Shown here one piece after another: positions 43,133-45,464 of a DNA stretch of 45,464 nt. A program made the translations under genes and the position numbers. Under the pieces are notes generated by a model that saw only the letters and a list, made by a program, of their open reading frames with translations, made no database searches and was not told the DNA's origin. This DNA comes from Gemmatimonadaceae bacterium. GTDB lineage: Bacteria > Gemmatimonadota > Gemmatimonadetes > Gemmatimonadales > Gemmatimonadaceae. Every line of letters starts with the position of its first letter. Position 1 is the first letter of the stretch. The stretch lies in NCBI GenBank assembly GCA_035572355.1, contig DATNAT010000329.1, positions 1 through 45,464 on the forward strand. The letters are read 5' to 3'.

Positions 43133-45064
43133 TTGTCGGATCCTGCGGCACCGTCTTCGGACTCCGAGCTGAGCGCGCACGTCGAGCGCGTGCTCAGCCC
43201 GCACTACGAGCTGGACTGCGAGATCGGACGCGGTGGGATGGGTGTGGTCTACCGGGCCAAGGACCGGCGGCTCAAGCGCACGGTCGCCATCAAGGTTCTG
43301 CCGCCCGAGCTCGCGTTTCGGAGCGAGATCAAGACGCGCTTTCTGCGCGAGGCGGAAACCGCGGCGCAACTGAACCATCCGAACATCGTCGACATCTACG
43401 CCGTCGACGAAGTCGAGGGAATCGTCTATTTCGTGATGGCGTACATCACGGGCGACAACCTCGCCAAGCGCCTGCACGACCATGGCGCGCTTTCGGTCGA
43501 CGAGACGCGGCGCACGCTGCGCGATGTTGCCGATGCACTCGCCTACGCCCATGAACGCGGCGTCGTGCACCGCGACATCAAGCCCGACAACATCCTGATC
43601 GACGCCGAAAGCGGCCGTCCAATGGTGACCGACTTCGGCATCGCGCGCGCCGTGAGCGACGGCAACTCGCGCCTCACGGCGACCGGCATCGCGATCGGCA
43701 CGCCGACGTACATGTCGCCTGAGCAGGCCGCCGGCGAGCGCGAGATCGACGGCCGGAGCGACCTCTACTCGCTCGGCATCGTCGGCTACCAGATGCTCAC
43801 CGGCGAGCCGCCCTTTCTCGCCAACAGCACGCCGGCAATTCTCGTCAAGCACATCTCCGAGCGGCCGACGCCGCTCGAGCAGCGCCGCGCCGACGTGCCG
43901 CCGGATCTGTCGCGCGTCATCATGCTGCTGCTCGAGAAGGATCCGGCCAATCGCTTCCCGTCGGCCGGCGCGGTCGTCGTCGCGCTCGACACCGGCCGCG
44001 TGCCCGACCGCATGCCGACGACGAGTCTTCCCGTCGCGTCAGCGCCGGCAACACCGTCGTACGGCGCGTCGGCCGCCGTCGATCACGCCGGCAGTCGCGC
44101 GCCGACCCCGGAGGAATGGCGCCGGTGGGAAGCGGAGCCCGTCGCCAGGTTCCGACGCAAGGTGGCCACGTACCTCTACGTGAATGGCGTGATCCTGCTT
44201 GCCGCGATCGTGACGCAGAGCAGCGACCTGGCGAGCATCACGGTGATCTGGAGCATCTACCTCGCGTTCAAGTACGCGCGGCTCTGGTCCGATGGCTACG
44301 ACTGGCGCGACGTGTTCCGGCAGCACCGCGAGCGTGAGCTGGTCGACGTCGCCGACGACTTCGTCACGGGTGCGCGCGCGATCTTCAATCGGGAGCAGCG
44401 ACAGGCGCTGCGCGAGCAGCGGCGCGCCCGGCAGATCGCTGCGCGCGGCCGCGCGGCGCTGTCTCCCGGCGGTTCGAGTGTCGGCTCGGCGAGCGACGTG
44501 GCACTCGTCGCCGGCGCCTATGCCGACCGCGTGCGTCGTGCGGAGTCGGACCGCGCCGAGGTCCTGCGCCTGCTGCAGCGCATGCCCAGTCCCGAACGCG
44601 CGCGCATTCCCGACGTCAGCCGGTCGGCCGACGCGCTGGCCGAAAAGGTGAAGTCGCTCGCCGTGGCGCTGGCCGAGATCGACCGCAGCGGCGCCGCGAG
44701 TGGCTCGACGTCGCTCGAGGCGGAGATCGCGCGACTGGAAAACGCGGCCAATCCGCTCGACGAGCGGGGCAGCGACGAGCGGGTTCGGCGACTGGCCAAG
44801 CTCAAGCGCGATCGACGCGCGTTCGCCGACAGCTCGAGCCGACGCGACGCGATCGCAGCGAAAATGGAGACCTGCCTCGTCGCCCTGCAGAACATCAAGC
44901 TCGATCTGATTCGTCTCAACGCCGGCTCGCAGACGCCGCAGCACGTCACGACGTTGGCAATGGACGCGCTCAACCTGGCGGACAGCGTCGATGCCGCCTT
45001 GTACGTCGGCGACGAGTCGCGCGCCACTGGCAGTCGGCCCGCCGGCCGGCCGGCCGCGCGGTAG
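43133..45064 (+). CDS. Ser/Thr protein kinase with C-terminal 2TM segment and coiled-coil region
   Basis: The Hanks motifs are GRGGMGVVY, VAIK, HRDIKPDN, DFG and TPTYMSPE. A Pro-rich linker follows, then two hydrophobic segments (VATYLYVNGVILLAAIV, ITVIWSIYLAFKYARLW), then a long helical Arg/Ala-rich tail. It has a TTG start. Confidence 0.85.
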   Translation: MSDPAAPSSDSELSAHVERVLSPHYELDCEIGRGGMGVVYRAKDRRLKRTVAIKVLPPELAFRSEIKTRFLREAETAAQLNHPNIVDIYAVDEVEGIVYFVMAYITGDNLAKRLHDHGALSVDETRRTLRDVADALAYAHERGVVHRDIKPDNILIDAESGRPMVTDFGIARAVSDGNSRLTATGIAIGTPTYMSPEQAAGEREIDGRSDLYSLGIVGYQMLTGEPPFLANSTPAILVKHISERPTPLEQRRADVPPDLSRVIMLLLEKDPANRFPSAGAVVVALDTGRVPDRMPTTSLPVASAPATPSYGASAAVDHAGSRAPTPEEWRRWEAEPVARFRRKVATYLYVNGVILLAAIVTQSSDLASITVIWSIYLAFKYARLWSDGYDWRDVFRQHRERELVDVADDFVTGARAIFNREQRQALREQRRARQIAARGRAALSPGGSSVGSASDVALVAGAYADRVRRAESDRAEVLRLLQRMPSPERARIPDVSRSADALAEKVKSLAVALAEIDRSGAASGSTSLEAEIARLENAANPLDERGSDERVRRLAKLKRDRRAFADSSSRRDAIAAKMETCLVALQNIKLDLIRLNAGSQTPQHVTTLAMDALNLADSVDAALYVGDESRATGSRPAGRPAAR

Positions 45065-45066
45065 GT

Positions 45067-45464
45067 GTGACGGATTATCTGCGCGACCGCGCCGCCACTG
45101 CGGTCGGCGCGAGCTACGAGATCGAACGGGAGATTGGCCGTGGCGGCATGGCGGTGGTCTACCGTGCCGTCGACACGCACCTGCATCGCACCGTCGCCAT
45201 CAAGGTCCTGCCGCCGGACGTCGCGTTCAACGGCGACGTGCGTACGCGTTTCATTCGCGAGGCGCAGACGGCGGCGCAGCTGAGCCACCCGAACATCGTC
45301 TCGATTTACAGTGTCGACGACCGCGACGAAGCACTCGTGTATTTCGTCATGGCCTACATCGACGGCGAAAGTTTGGGGCTGCGTCTGGCGACCGAGGGCC
45401 GCTGGCCGATCGATCGCACGGTACGCGTGCTCCGCGACGTGGCCGATGCGCTGGCCTACGCGCA
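45067..45464 (+). CDS. Ser/Thr protein kinase, paralog of the preceding gene (5' part only, runs off the right edge)
   Basis: The GTG at 45067 lies 2 nt after the upstream stop. VTDYLRDRAATAVGASYEIEREIGRGGMAVVYRAVD..VAIKVLPPDVAF...FIREAQTAAQLSHPNIVSIY is closely parallel to the first kinase. Confidence 0.8.
   Translation, partial: MTDYLRDRAATAVGASYEIEREIGRGGMAVVYRAVDTHLHRTVAIKVLPPDVAFNGDVRTRFIREAQTAAQLSHPNIVSIYSVDDRDEALVYFVMAYIDGESLGLRLATEGRWPIDRTVRVLRDVADALAYA

Overview
This is a G+C-rich, gene-dense bacterial chromosomal segment (I estimate high-60s % GC by eye, not computed). It carries about 45 protein genes on both strands. Many start/stop junctions overlap (ATGA, GTGA, TGATG, TTGA), and three convergent gene pairs share their stop codons. 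The protein repertoire includes tandem Ser/Thr kinases with 2TM tails, lipoproteins with Ig-like repeats and several ECF sigma modules. That suggests a Gemmatimonadota/Acidobacteriota-like soil bacterium, but this is inference only. Most of the content is housekeeping. It comprises glpD, a fadI/fadJ beta-oxidation pair, two ECF sigma/anti-sigma modules, M14 and S10 carboxypeptidases, proline dehydrogenase, rsgA, a GntR regulator and dinB. It also holds a stand-alone LigD-type 3'-phosphoesterase, an EamA transporter and a hydrolase-csaA-rhodanese-OsmC operon. Further along are a thioredoxin-like 2Fe-2S ferredoxin, two small HNH nucleases, TerC, an amidohydrolase and a large Ig-repeat lipoprotein. 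The rest comprises a fused E1 alpha/beta 2-oxoacid dehydrogenase, a HIT protein, glutamine-dependent NAD synthetase, PBP1A, an erythromycin-esterase-family lipoprotein, Lon and two tandem Ser/Thr kinases. I found no rRNA, tRNA, CRISPR array, transposase, integrase or recognisable defence island. I do not see a clear-cut novel multi-gene system. Four pieces remain least explained. (1) A 448-nt ORF-poor gap at 37620-38067 has complementary ends and could be a structured RNA or a MITE-like element of unknown family. (2) A HisKA-receiver protein has no ATPase domain and is coupled to a transporter. (3) An 87-aa ACP-like protein looks circularly permuted or truncated at the phosphopantetheine loop and overlaps dinB. 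(4) An ECF module has an anti-sigma factor carrying a glycogen-binding-type domain. All product calls rest on motifs I recognise by eye in the supplied translations; no database search was run.
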